DNA from: an uncultured delta proteobacterium
GTDB taxonomy: Bacteria > Desulfobacterota > RBG-13-43-22
Direction: 5' to 3'
Length of the DNA stretch: 64,000 bases
Assembly: GCA_963802945.1 (NCBI GenBank)
Contig: CAWDKY010000030.1
Span: 224,001 to 288,000 of the forward strand
Within the stretch, counting starts at the first letter, position 1. Each line of letters starts with the position of its first letter. The notes under the pieces were generated by a model, which did no database searches, was not told where the DNA came from, and saw nothing but the letters and a program-made list of their open reading frames with translations. A program made the position numbers and the translations under genes. Shown here piece by piece: positions 1 through 11,339 of the stretch.

Positions 1-267
1 GACGATAATATTATCATTAATCTCAGCAATCCGTCCGTAGATCCCTCCAGTGGTGATGACCGAGTCCCCTCGTTTCAGATTGCCCAACAATTCTCGATGT
101 TGTTTGGCCTTTTTTTGTTGTGGCCGGATCAATAAAAAATAAAAAATCACGAACATCAAAACCAAGGGGATCAATCCGGTAAATCCCCCTGCTCCGGATC
201 CCCCGGATCCTCCGGATCCTCCACCCGGAAGCCCCATGGCCTCGGCAACGGCAGTGAACAGATACAT
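1..267 (-). CDS. yajC: Preprotein translocase subunit YajC (3' end runs off the window)
   Basis: Manual translation of the minus strand gives ...LVLMFVIFYFLLIRPQQKKAKQHRELLGNLKRGDSVITTGGIYG; lies downstream of tgt in the conserved queA-tgt-yajC order. Confidence 0.93.
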   Translation of the reverse strand, partial: MYLFTAVAEAMGLPGGGSGGSGGSGAGGFTGLIPLVLMFVIFYFLLIRPQQKKAKQHRELLGNLKRGDSVITTGGIYGRIAEINDNIIV

Positions 268-272
268 AAACG

Positions 273-1388
<1,116 letters not shown>

Positions 1389-1412
1389 TTAATTTTTGAC
1401 TATAAATCGCAT

Positions 1413-1542
1413 TGTACAGGCTGATCAAAAATGCACAGATGAAAGGCGCCAAAAATTCCGTGAAATGAGGCGTACACATAAGTACGCCGCAATGACGAGG
1501 GATGAAGCCAACACAGCAGAGGGGTATTTTGATCGCGCTACA
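1413..1542. mobile_element. Short non-autonomous MITE-like element
   Basis: Imperfect terminal inverted repeats (tgtacaggctgatcaaaaat / attttgatcgcgctaca) and an internal hairpin ggcgtac..gtacgcc, intergenic between tgt and queA. Confidence 0.5.
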
Positions 1543-1634
1543 TCTCGGCTCATTGCCACCTTTTCGAGCGGTGGTTAGATCTGTCTGTTAGTTTATCCTT
1601 CTGAATTCTGACTCCTGGATTCTGGATTCTTGTT

Positions 1635-2701
1635 TTATAGAATCAACATCGCATCGCCATAACTGTAGAACCGATAATTCCGCTCAATCGCCTCCTGGTA
1701 GGCTTTCAGAATTTTTTCCCGTCCGGCAAAGGCGGACACCAATAACATCAGGGTAGTCCTGGGCAAATGAAAGTTGGTGATCAACCCGTCGATCATTTGA
1801 AAAGAGAAACCCGGAGTGATGAAAAGATCACACTCTCCCTCTTCGGCCTTAACCAATCCATATTTCATGGCCTGGTATTCCAAGACCCGGGCGCTGGTGG
1901 TTCCCACGGCGATAATCCGTCCTCCCTGTTTTTTTTGTTCCTGTATCACTTGGACGGCCTGCGCCGAGACCTTGTAAACCTCAGAATGCATCTTATGCTC
2001 GGCAATCTTTTCCGTCTTGACGGGGGCAAAGGTCCCATAACCGACATGCAAGGTAAGGGGAACCCAAAATATGCCCTTGTCCTTAAGGGCCGCAATCAAA
2101 TCCAAAGAAAAATGAAGTCCGGCCGTAGGTGCCGCCACCGCCCCTGGATGTCGGGCATACACGGTTTGATAGCGTTTCCGATCCTGTTCCCAAAGACCGG
2201 CCTCACAGCCGTCTCTGCGGATATACGGCGGAAGAGGAACCCGGCCGAATTTTTTTAAAACAGAATCAAACAGCCCTTTGAAATGGAATCGAACCAGGGC
2301 CGTCCCATTTGGGGAAGGAGGCAGTATCTCACCTTCCAGACCTTCACCAAAATAAATTTGCTCCCCGGCCTAATTTTCCCTCCAGATTTAATCAGACAAG
2401 GGCTCGTATAGGTTTGTTCAATCGCCAAGGCCGGATATTTCAAGATCAGACATTCCACCCGGCCCCCGCTCCTTTTCTTCCCTTCCAAACGCGCCGGGAT
2501 CACCTGGGTATCGTTAACCACCAGTACATCCCCCGGAGACAGGTATTCGATAACTTGATTAAAGCGTTGATGTTTCCGGTCCCCTGTCTTTCGATCCAGA
2601 ACTAAAAGTCGGGAATGATCTCTCTCAGGACAAGGCTCCTGAGCTATCAAATGCGGAGGCAAAATAAAATCAAATTGGGATAAAGTTAGTAAATCATCCA
2701 T
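1635..2701 (-). CDS. queA: S-adenosylmethionine:tRNA ribosyltransferase-isomerase QueA, one frameshift near 2363-2366
   Basis: N-part (LIAQEP...SRLLVL, VNDTQVIPARL) and C-part (PLPPYI, AVAAPTAGLHF, TNFHLP, YSYGDAM) are in different frames; adding one base to the G-run joins them. Confidence 0.93.
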
Positions 2702-2997
2702 AGATTAAAAAAAGATAAAGATAATAGCCTTTAATATACTTCCGGCCTCTTGTCAAGCCAAGCTGCCAATGGCCTCCTGTCTTTAACATTTTCGGTTAGT
2801 AAGGGTCTCATAAGCATAATGAGCCCGTTTGGTTGCCGGGGGCCGAATAGCTTTTATGCTGTAACGGGGTTAATAAGGGAGCCTAGTCTATTGTTGAATC
2901 CGTTGATATTTCACTGAAGGCATCGAGGTGTCGACCAAGACCACGATGAGCGAGGTTTGAAGCTCACTAAGTTTTACATCCTAAGTTTAAAGAAATA

Positions 2998-3984
2998 TTA
3001 GAATCGAAATAAAGCCGCTCCCCAGGTAAAGCCGGCTCCAAAGGAAGCGGTCAAGACCAGATCACCCCTTCGAACTTGTCCGCTTCGAACCGCTTCATCC
3101 AGGGCCGTGGGAATGGTGCCCACCGAGGTATTGCCATATTTGTGTACGGTGACGATCACTTTTTCCATAGGAATTTTTAACTGTTTAGCCACGGACTCCA
3201 TGATCCTGATATTGGCCTGATGCGGGATAAACCAATCGATTTGGTGTGCGGTAATACCGCCGGATTTCATGGCCTTCCGAGCGGCATCGCTCATGGAGCG
3301 AACGGCATGTTTGAAGACTTCATTTCCCTGCATCTTGATATAATGAAGGCCGGCTTCGATCATAGGAATTGAAATGGGATTACGGGAACCGCCTCCGGGC
3401 ACATTGAGCAATTCCCACAGATTCCCATCGGAATGGATCTCAAGAGACAGGATTTCTCCATCTCCTTTGCCTTTGGAATGGCCCAAAACGACAGCCCCGA
3501 CCCCATCACCAAAAAGGACACAGGTAGCCCGGTCCTGATAATCAATCCGGTGGGAAATGATTTCACCACCGACGACCAGGACGTGCTGATAAGAACCGTC
3601 CTGCATAAACTTTTGGGCAACGGTCAAAGCATAGATGAACCCCGGACAGGCGGCATTGACATCAAAGGCGACCGCATTTTTTGCACCAAGTCGATATTGG
3701 AGAATACAACCCTCTGAAGGCGAAGTCATATCGGCCGTGGAGGTCCCGACAATAATCAGATCCAAATCTTTGGGAGAAAGGCCGGCCATTTCCAAAGCAT
3801 TTTCACAAGCCGGGGTGGCGATATCAGATAAGGCCTGCCCGGGCAGGACCATTCTCCGTTCCCGAATGCCGGTCCGGCTGAATATCCATTCATCGGAGGT
3901 ATCCACAATCTTTGCAAAATAGGAGTTGGGTACTATTCTTTCGGGCAAATAACAACCCGTTCCTTTAATACTTATTTTTTTCAC
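2998..3984 (-). CDS. fabH: 3-oxoacyl-ACP synthase III
   Basis: DVNAAC, LFGDG, PHQANIRI, YGNTS and FGAGFTWG motifs. Confidence 0.95.
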   Translation of the reverse strand: MKKISIKGTGCYLPERIVPNSYFAKIVDTSDEWIFSRTGIRERRMVLPGQALSDIATPACENALEMAGLSPKDLDLIIVGTSTADMTSPSEGCILQYRLGAKNAVAFDVNAACPGFIYALTVAQKFMQDGSYQHVLVVGGEIISHRIDYQDRATCVLFGDGVGAVVLGHSKGKGDGEILSLEIHSDGNLWELLNVPGGGSRNPISIPMIEAGLHYIKMQGNEVFKHAVRSMSDAARKAMKSGGITAHQIDWFIPHQANIRIMESVAKQLKIPMEKVIVTVHKYGNTSVGTIPTALDEAVRSGQVRRGDLVLTASFGAGFTWGAALFRF

Positions 3985-4053
3985 CTAACAAAAACCTTTC
4001 ACTTATTTTTTTGAACAATAAGGATTGCCGTTCACAAAGCTAAAGAGGAACTC

Positions 4054-4082
4054 TGAAGCTCCCTGAAGCAACTACGGGGAAT
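4054..4082. repeat. Degenerate copy of the tgaagctccccgcagcaagctgcggggtat palindrome
   Basis: tgaagctccctgaagcaactacggggaat resembles the reverse complement of 21318-21347. Confidence 0.4.
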
Positions 4083-4304
4083 GCGATCGTTAGGCCTTAT
4101 CAAAGAAAACCATTAAGGTTGAAGGCCATATAACATATATAAAAATATTTTTCAAAATAATTTTATCTTATTTCAGAATAAATTGGCTTTGTCTAAAAAG
4201 TATGATATAAAAATCAAGCTTTTTTAATCATCGTTCCTTCTCGAACCCTTGGATAACAGTGGAAAATATCAGAAACATCTATCCTGCCCGAATGGGATCC
4301 TTAC

Positions 4305-5075
4305 ATGTGGATTGATTCTCACGCCCATTTGGAAATGAAAGCATTTGACCCGGATCGCCCTCAGGTGATTGAGCGGGCCGCTGCCAAGGGGATAACCGGG
4401 ATCATCACCATCGGGACCGACGCGGAAAGCAGTCGCCAGGCGGTGGCTTTAGCCAAAACCTACAAAAATATTTGGGCTACGGTCGGCGTCCACCCCCATG
4501 AGGCCGCCTCTTATAAAACAGAAACCCAGCCCCAATTATCTCAATTGGCCGAAGATCCTTTAGTGGTGGCCATCGGAGAAATCGGGCTGGATTTTTATCG
4601 CAACCTTTCCCCACAAAAGCAGCAAAAAGAAACCTTTCGTCATTTGATTCATTTGGCGCGGGCCGTGAATCTTCCCATCATCATTCACGACCGGGAGGCC
4701 CATGAAGAAGTGCTGGCGATTTTAAGAGAGGAAAAGGCCGGGGAGGTCGGAGGGGTTTTCCACTGCTTTTCCGGTGATTGGGCCATGGCCAAGCAGTGTT
4801 TGGATTTGAACTTTTTTCTGTCCGTCACCGGGGCCGTTACCTACAAAAATGCCGGGGTGTTGGAAGAGGTCGTCCGCCGAGCCCCCATCGAATCCCTGCT
4901 TCTGGAAACCGATGCCCCGTTTCTTTCTCCTCATCCCTTTAGAGGTAAACGGAATGAACCGGCCTATCTGGTCCACACCGCAGAACACGTGGCCCGGATT
5001 AGTAACATCACTCTGTCTGAATTAAGTCAGGTGGTCTTGAAAAACACCTGTCGGGCCTTTAAGCTTCCGTTGTAA
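4305..5075 (+). CDS. tatD: TatD family hydrolase/DNase
   Basis: DSHAHL, GVHPH, IGEIGLD, IIHDREA, HCFSG and ETDAPF motifs. Confidence 0.93.
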   Translation: MWIDSHAHLEMKAFDPDRPQVIERAAAKGITGIITIGTDAESSRQAVALAKTYKNIWATVGVHPHEAASYKTETQPQLSQLAEDPLVVAIGEIGLDFYRNLSPQKQQKETFRHLIHLARAVNLPIIIHDREAHEEVLAILREEKAGEVGGVFHCFSGDWAMAKQCLDLNFFLSVTGAVTYKNAGVLEEVVRRAPIESLLLETDAPFLSPHPFRGKRNEPAYLVHTAEHVARISNITLSELSQVVLKNTCRAFKLPL

Positions 5076-5128
5076 AATAGGTTCATGATCCTGAACAATT
5101 AACGACAAATCATGAGATAGGAATTGCA

Positions 5129-5722
5129 ATGGAATCTCCTTTCTTCATTATCCTGGCCTCTGGTTCACCCAGAAGAAAGGCCTTGCTTGCGGATTTGGAT
5201 CTTCATCTTAAAATCGTTTCAACCGGGATTCCGGAAGAACCTGAACCCGATGAATCACCGCTGATTTTTTCCAAACGGATGGCCCGAAGGAAAACCGAGA
5301 TGGTTTCCGCCGCCTTTCCCAAACAATGGGTTTTAGGGGCCGACACTGTGGTCCATCTGGGAGAAAAAATATTGGGTAAACCTAAAAATCCCCGAGAAGC
5401 AAAAAGGTTTCTCCAGACTTTAAGCGGGAAAACTCACCGGGTGATTACCAGTTTCTGTCTAAGAAATCGAGAGATGAATCAAAACATCATCCAAAGTTCT
5501 ACTACCAGGGTAAGTTTCAAATCCTTAACCAACCAAGAGATCGACTGGTATGTCCGAACCGGAGAACCTTTGGACAAGGCCGGTGCTTATGCCATCCAGG
5601 GTAAGGGGGCTTTCTGTGTCAAGAAAATTTACGGTTCTTATACCAATGTGGTGGGCCTTCCGGTAACTGAGGTTTTGGAAGCCTTAATCCACTATGCGGG
5701 TTTTCAGTTTAGAAAACCATAG
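5129..5722 (+). CDS. maf: Maf family nucleoside triphosphate pyrophosphatase
   Basis: ILASGSPRR, GADTVV, DKAGAYAIQG and NVVGLP motifs. Confidence 0.95.
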   Translation: MESPFFIILASGSPRRKALLADLDLHLKIVSTGIPEEPEPDESPLIFSKRMARRKTEMVSAAFPKQWVLGADTVVHLGEKILGKPKNPREAKRFLQTLSGKTHRVITSFCLRNREMNQNIIQSSTTRVSFKSLTNQEIDWYVRTGEPLDKAGAYAIQGKGAFCVKKIYGSYTNVVGLPVTEVLEALIHYAGFQFRKP

Positions 5723-5847
5723 TTATTAATACTAGATAATAATCTGAACGGTTTAAGGATACATTTTCTTCCGTGGGGAGGCTCGAAGAGAACCAACCCA
5801 CTTTCAGCCTTGCGTTTTGAGCTGGCCCAGTAAAAGGATAAAAAAAG

Positions 5848-6531
5848 ATGGATAGTTTAGTTCTTTCCTTACAACAGATTCAAGAAAGGATAAAATCGGC
5901 CTGCATCAGGGCCGGGAGAAAACCCGAAGAAGTTTTACTGGTCGCAGTAACCAAGACCGTTCCGGTTGAACGGATTCAAGAAGGAATCCGGGAAGGTTTA
6001 GGCTATTTTGGAGAGAATTATATCCAGGAAGCCCAAAATAAAATTGAATATCTTAATCAAGGGACCTGGCATTTTATCGGTCATTTGCAAAAAAATAAGG
6101 CCAAGCAAGCAGTAAAGTTTTTTTCTATGATAGAAACTCTGGATAGTTTGCCTTTGGCCCGGGAATTAAATCGTCAGGCCCTTCAGGCCGGTAAAACCAT
6201 CGAAGTACTCATTCAGGTGAATGAGGCTGAAGAATCCAGCAAGTCCGGTATAACCCCCGAGCTGGTCCCTAACTTATTAAAAGAACACCTGGACTGGCCG
6301 GCCTTGCGCCTTCGGGGTTTGATGACCATCCCTCCCTATGATCCTGATCCGGAAAAATCCCGCCCCTGGTATCGCTCGCTGTCTCAGTGGCAAAAAAAAT
6401 GGCAGCAACAATTTCCTGAAATGGATCTAACCCATCTTTCCATGGGCATGTCCCATGACTTTGAGGTGGCTATTGAGGAAGGGGCGACAATCATACGGAT
6501 AGGCACGGCCATTTGGGGAGCCAGGGATTAA
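5848..6531 (+). CDS. yggS: YggS/PLPBP pyridoxal phosphate homeostasis protein
   Basis: LVAVTK, FGENY, WHFIGHLQKNK, LSMGMS and RIGTAI motifs. Confidence 0.95.
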   Translation: MDSLVLSLQQIQERIKSACIRAGRKPEEVLLVAVTKTVPVERIQEGIREGLGYFGENYIQEAQNKIEYLNQGTWHFIGHLQKNKAKQAVKFFSMIETLDSLPLARELNRQALQAGKTIEVLIQVNEAEESSKSGITPELVPNLLKEHLDWPALRLRGLMTIPPYDPDPEKSRPWYRSLSQWQKKWQQQFPEMDLTHLSMGMSHDFEVAIEEGATIIRIGTAIWGARD

Positions 6532-6818
6532 TACCTTAACTTAACTTCCATGATTAAAATGGGTACACTGCAACCTATATTAGGCTTGGGAATCGGCCTA
6601 AGCTAACCGCTTCAATTCCCGTTTGCCTTTTTTATTATTTAATGCTAATCCCATTTTAGTGCGAGAATAAAAAACAAGAATCCAGAAGCCAGGAGTCAGA
6701 ATCCAGAAGAAAGACTTTTGACTTCTTGATTCTAAATTTTATTTTTATGCTCCGTGGTACTCTGCCCATGACAAGGCATGAGGATTTATCACGAAAATAT
6801 GAATATTAAATTTTAAAT

Positions 6819-6882
6819 CATGAATGGATTGGTTTCTTATTAACTTCGACATTCAATATTCATTATTCGATATTCGACATTT
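6819..6882 (+). repeat. Dispersed repeat: catgaatggattggtttct core with ttcga-type heptamer arm
   Basis: Also at 12389-12486 and, inverted, at 22812-22890. Confidence 0.7.
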
Positions 6883-7010
6883 TTATGCTTCGTGGTCCCC
6901 TTCAAGAAGCCTGAGGGTTTAGTCTGCTCAATAGGCCTTCGAGGTAAAAATCAACCCTAAGCATCAAAATGACCTTTGTAAACACCTAAGGATTGTTAAA
7001 CAGGAGGGAT

Positions 7011-9437
7011 ATGTCAAGAAGAGCATTGGAAGGTATTAAGGTCGTGGAATATGCGACGATGGTCTCCGGTCCCTATTGCGGTAAGTTGTTGGCCGATCTG
7101 GGGGCCGACGTCATCAAAGTGGAACCGCCGGAAGGCGATCCGTCACGCCGCTGCGGGCCTTTTCCGAAAGACAGAAAACACCCGGAAAAAAGCGCCCTTT
7201 TCCTTTACGCCAACACTAGTAAACGAGGCATCACCCTGGATATTGAAAATCCGGAAGGGCTTGAGGCCTTTAAAAAACTCCTCCTCTGGGCGGATGTTTT
7301 CATCGATAATCATCCTGTGGGTTTTTTTGATAATCTGGGTCTCGGTTGGGATGACCTGCATTGCTTAAACCCGGGGCTTATCTATGCTTCCATCACCCCT
7401 TACGGCCGTACCGGCCCCAGGGCCAAGGCCAAGGGAGATGAGCTTACCCTCATCCAGGCCGGCGGCGAAGGCAATCTCATACCGGCCCGATCCTTTGACC
7501 TATCCTTTCCTCCCGTCAAGTTCGGAAGTTATCAGGTGGGCTACCACGGTGCCCTGAACGCCGCCGTGGGCATCATGGCCTTGATTTTAGGCCGAATGAA
7601 AACCGGCCAAGGACACCTTTTGGATATCTCCCTACAGGAAGTGGTCATCAACCTGCTTCATGGAACCCTGCATAACCACCGCTATGACGGCTTTACCTGG
7701 AGTCGTGTCCCTGACAGGCCCCCGGCCATGGGCCGGATGGAAACCAGCGACGGCTATATCACCCTGGGGGCCAATGACGATCACCATTTCCATGCCCTTC
7801 GGGAATTAATGGGTATGCCGGACTGGCTGGCCGACGACCGTTGGGACAACCGGGTCTATCGAGCCAACCATTTACCGGAGGTTGCCGCTAAAATGGATGC
7901 CTGGATGAAGCAGCAAAAAAGAAATGAAATCTACCATAAGTTGGCCAAGGCAGGCATCCCGGTCGGACCAATCAATTCGGCTGAGGACGTCATGAACAAT
8001 GAACAATACAAAGCCAGGCAATATTTCATTGAAGTCGAGCATCCCGTGGCCGGCAAATACTCCTATGCCGGATGGCCTTACAAAATGACCGCCTCTCCGC
8101 CGGAGGTATCCAGACCGGCCCCACTCCTGGGACAGCACAATGAAGAGGTCCGCCTGGAAATCATCGACCGGGAACCTAAAGGGCAAGCCAAACCGGGTAA
8201 AGCCTATCAAGATCTCAAGCTTCCGCTCCAGGGCATAAGGATCCTCGATTTTTCCTGGGTTTGGGCAGGTCCTTACTCTACCATGATGCTGGGCAATCTT
8301 GGGGCCGAAGTGATCAAAGTGGAAGGGCATAAAAGGACGGATATCATCCGTCGCGCCGTTATGTGGCCGCGGTGGGAACCGGAGCCCCACCAGGTACCGC
8401 CCAACCAGGGATTGAGCTACAATTCCGTCAACCGGGACAAGAAAGGCGTTACCCTCGACCTGAGCAAGCCGGAAGGCATCAAACTGGCCAAGAGGCTGGC
8501 GGCCATGAGTGATATCGTCATTGATAATATGCGGCCAGATGCCATGGCCAAAATGGGTCTGGGTTATCAGGACCTGATTAAGATCAAACCCGACCTGGTG
8601 GTGGTTTCTTCATCCGGCCGGGGTCACGGCGGCCCGGAAACGAACTATCTCGGTTTTGCCACCATTCACCAGAGCGTTTCAGGTGTGGCCTATCTATCCG
8701 GTTATCCCGAGGATCATCCCACCTTCGGGTCCTTAGGCCACACAGACATCACCAGCGCCGTCACCACCGCCTTTATCACCCTGGCCGCGCTCCATCACCG
8801 GATCAAGACGGGTGAGGGGCAGTTCGTTGATTATTCCCAGTGCGAAGGTTCAACCAATATGATCGGGGAACAACTGCTCGGCTATCTGATGACCGGCATT
8901 ATTCCCGAACGGCAGGGCAACGCCCATCCCGAATATGCCCCTCATAATATGTATAAGTGCTGGGGTGTGGACCGCTGGTTGGCCCTGGAAATCCATACGG
9001 ATGAAGAATTTCAGGCCCTGACCCGGGTTATGAACCAACCCGAATTGGCCGATGACCCGCGATTTGATAGGCAGGCCTCCCGAAAAAAAAATGAAAAGGA
9101 ACTGGATCAGATCATCGGGGAATGGACCCGACAAAGAGATCGGGACTGGATGGTCGAAGAATTCATAAAGGCCGGATTGGCCGCCGCACCCTCACGGGAC
9201 GCAGAAGATATCTATGCCGATCGCCACTTGCAGGCCCGGAATTTTTTTATCAAGGTTCAACATCCCGAATTAGGGGAACTGGAATTGGCCGGACTGCCCT
9301 GGAGGATCAGCGACATTGAATTGCCCTCCGGCCATGCCCCTTTGTTGGGTGAGCATAATCAATATGTGCTGCAGGAACTTCTGGGTTTAAGCAACGAAGA
9401 GATTGCCGAGCTTCGCACCAAGGAAATCATCATGTAG
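7011..9437 (+). CDS. Fused two-domain class III CoA transferase (CaiB/BaiF family)
   Basis: Two CaiB-type N-terminal motifs (LEGIKVVE...LADLGADVIKVE and LQGIRILD...LGAEVIKVE), each half ending APLLG(Q/E)HN; RBS ggagg before ATG 7011. Confidence 0.92.
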   Translation: MSRRALEGIKVVEYATMVSGPYCGKLLADLGADVIKVEPPEGDPSRRCGPFPKDRKHPEKSALFLYANTSKRGITLDIENPEGLEAFKKLLLWADVFIDNHPVGFFDNLGLGWDDLHCLNPGLIYASITPYGRTGPRAKAKGDELTLIQAGGEGNLIPARSFDLSFPPVKFGSYQVGYHGALNAAVGIMALILGRMKTGQGHLLDISLQEVVINLLHGTLHNHRYDGFTWSRVPDRPPAMGRMETSDGYITLGANDDHHFHALRELMGMPDWLADDRWDNRVYRANHLPEVAAKMDAWMKQQKRNEIYHKLAKAGIPVGPINSAEDVMNNEQYKARQYFIEVEHPVAGKYSYAGWPYKMTASPPEVSRPAPLLGQHNEEVRLEIIDREPKGQAKPGKAYQDLKLPLQGIRILDFSWVWAGPYSTMMLGNLGAEVIKVEGHKRTDIIRRAVMWPRWEPEPHQVPPNQGLSYNSVNRDKKGVTLDLSKPEGIKLAKRLAAMSDIVIDNMRPDAMAKMGLGYQDLIKIKPDLVVVSSSGRGHGGPETNYLGFATIHQSVSGVAYLSGYPEDHPTFGSLGHTDITSAVTTAFITLAALHHRIKTGEGQFVDYSQCEGSTNMIGEQLLGYLMTGIIPERQGNAHPEYAPHNMYKCWGVDRWLALEIHTDEEFQALTRVMNQPELADDPRFDRQASRKKNEKELDQIIGEWTRQRDRDWMVEEFIKAGLAAAPSRDAEDIYADRHLQARNFFIKVQHPELGELELAGLPWRISDIELPSGHAPLLGEHNQYVLQELLGLSNEEIAELRTKEIIM

Positions 9438-9512
9438 AAAAACATCGGAAAGGATAAAGCGAGGACGATCTTTCCCTTTTTATAATTAACCCCATAAATA
9501 GGTGTGCATATT

Positions 9513-9801
9513 GTCATTCCGGCGAAGAGACTGTGTCGCAATTATATTTTTGTCATTCCGTGCAAGCGAAGCGCGACGAGGAGCCTGCCCCGGACTCGAT
9601 CCGGGGGAATCCAGGGGGGATATAGGTCTGGTTCCCGGCTTTCGCCGGGACGACGTCTGGATGCCGGCTTTCGCCGGCATGACGGCTTTGATGGCGCTGT
9701 CCGCTATTACGACACCGTCTCGAAAGCCGGAATCCAGTGTTTGAAATTCCCTGGATGCCGGATCGGGCCTGCCCCGTACTTGATACGGGGTCCGGCATGA
9801 C
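9513..9801. repeat. Nested cluster of REP-like gtcattcc...ggaatccag / ctggat...atgac palindromes
   Basis: Several hairpins (ccccggactcgatccgggg, atgccggctttcgccggcat, ccccgtacttgatacgggg) between convergent genes. Confidence 0.8.
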
Positions 9802-9856
9802 GTTTTAGGACATGCATCTTATAAAAAATAATTTATGTCGTTTCTATAAGCTAGTT

Positions 9857-10408
9857 TTATTTTATCCGTTGGGCAATCACCTTAAAGGCCTCGGTCCCGG
9901 CCCGTTCCAGGACTTGAAACAAAACCGTCTCAGTAGTGGTGATAACGGCGCCGGCATCCCGCATCATTTCAAGACCGGACCTGAAATTGTTTTTGGTCCT
10001 TGAACAAACCGCATCCTGGGCCACCTGGACATTATAGCCTTCCTGCATCAATCCAATGCTGGTCTGTAATACACAAACGTGCGTTTCCATGCCGGTCAGA
10101 AGCCATTTTTTTCTGCCCGTGTCTGCGACCTTTTCCAGAAACCCTGCTTCCAGGCAACAATTAAACGCCGTTTTCTCAAAAGGGTTATACGCCGGGAGGG
10201 CCTCCTGGATTTCCGGAATGGTCGTCCCCAGCCCTTGGGGGTATTGTTCGGTCAGAAGAATAGGGATTTGTAGGAGCTTGGCCAGTTCAACCAGATGCAG
10301 GCAGTTGTTGACCACCTGATCCTTGTGCTTCATGACCGCAGCCAGTTTGCCCTGAATGTCGATGATCAACAGGGCCATTTCTTGCTGATTCAAGGAAAAT
10401 TTATCCAT
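9857..10408 (-). CDS. Isochorismatase family hydrolase
   Basis: LIIDIQ, TEQYPQGLG, GMETHVCVLQT and DAVCSR motifs. Confidence 0.92.
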   Translation of the reverse strand: MDKFSLNQQEMALLIIDIQGKLAAVMKHKDQVVNNCLHLVELAKLLQIPILLTEQYPQGLGTTIPEIQEALPAYNPFEKTAFNCCLEAGFLEKVADTGRKKWLLTGMETHVCVLQTSIGLMQEGYNVQVAQDAVCSRTKNNFRSGLEMMRDAGAVITTTETVLFQVLERAGTEAFKVIAQRIK

Positions 10409-10502
10409 GGGCATCCTAAAACCTAACCAAACATATTTGAAATTTTTCCCTTCAATCTGATCCGTCAAATTTAAAGGGTAGATGAGGTTCTATCGAAAGA
10501 GG

Positions 10503-10666
10503 CTGGATACAGGACCAAACTGCCGATCCTGGATACTGGATACTAGATGCTAGATACTGGATGATAGATTTTGTACTGCCTTCAACCAAGCTAAGAAATA
10601 GTATTCTAACAACTTCCAGTACCAAGGATCAAGAATCCAGTATCGGAATTTTATTTATCCAGTATC
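10503..10666. repeat. Heptamer-repeat inverted hairpin (ctggata / tatccag)
   Basis: ctggatactggatactagatgctagatactggat faces ...atccagtatc repeats. Confidence 0.65.
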
Positions 10667-10751
10667 ACTCTGTAAAACTTGTTGAACCCAAGATGATAAA
10701 AAGTTAGGGATAAATTCAAAGATTGTATAGTCTAACTAAGAACCTTTTCCT

Positions 10752-11210
10752 TTATTTCTTGGCCTGGTGTACCGTCAACACCGAACAGTCGGCCCGGCGG
10801 ACCACTTTTTCGGCAGTACTGCCCAAGAAGAAGTGGGCTATCCCGGTTAAACCATGAGTGCCCATTACCACCAGATCCACTTTTTCCTCATTGATGAAAT
10901 TCAAAATCTCACTGGCCGGATGTCCGGAAAGGACGCGGGCAGAGGTATTCGGGTGATCGCCCATTTTTTTAATATAGTTTTCCCCCATTTGCTCCATAGC
11001 CCGTTTGGCGGCATCCTCCGAAAATTTAAGATTGGCTTGTTCCGAAATGAAATCCTCCATCACCGGGGACGGAAAGACCAGGGGCGGAACCACATGAACC
11101 AGCAATAACTGGGCTTGATATTTCTGGGTCAAGTCAAAAGCCAGGTCAAAGGCCTGCTCTGCATTTTCGGAAAAATCCGTACAGAAAGCGATCTTTTTGA
11201 TGGATGCCAT
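10752..11210 (-). CDS. Universal stress protein (UspA family)
   Basis: TDFSENA, DLVVMGTHG and LGSTAEKVVR motifs. Confidence 0.93.
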   Translation of the reverse strand: MASIKKIAFCTDFSENAEQAFDLAFDLTQKYQAQLLLVHVVPPLVFPSPVMEDFISEQANLKFSEDAAKRAMEQMGENYIKKMGDHPNTSARVLSGHPASEILNFINEEKVDLVVMGTHGLTGIAHFFLGSTAEKVVRRADCSVLTVHQAKK

Positions 11211-11339
11211 AACATACCTCCCTGTTTAGATTGACGGCTTCATAGGGTACAATTTTACCTGGAATTTTTAACCTGTCAACCCATTATCTTTTTTCGCCCA
11301 CCTTTCCTTTTGACAATTTTAATGAAAGTAAAATTCGAA

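Noticed and set aside
2760-2990. Possible ncRNA between queA and fabH
   Set aside because: Only weak hairpins; no recognisable 6S, SRP, tmRNA or preQ1 signature.
9359-9800. Short ORFs over the palindrome cluster
   Set aside because: They are translations of repeat DNA (e.g. MPAKAGIQ) open on both strands, with no coding signal.
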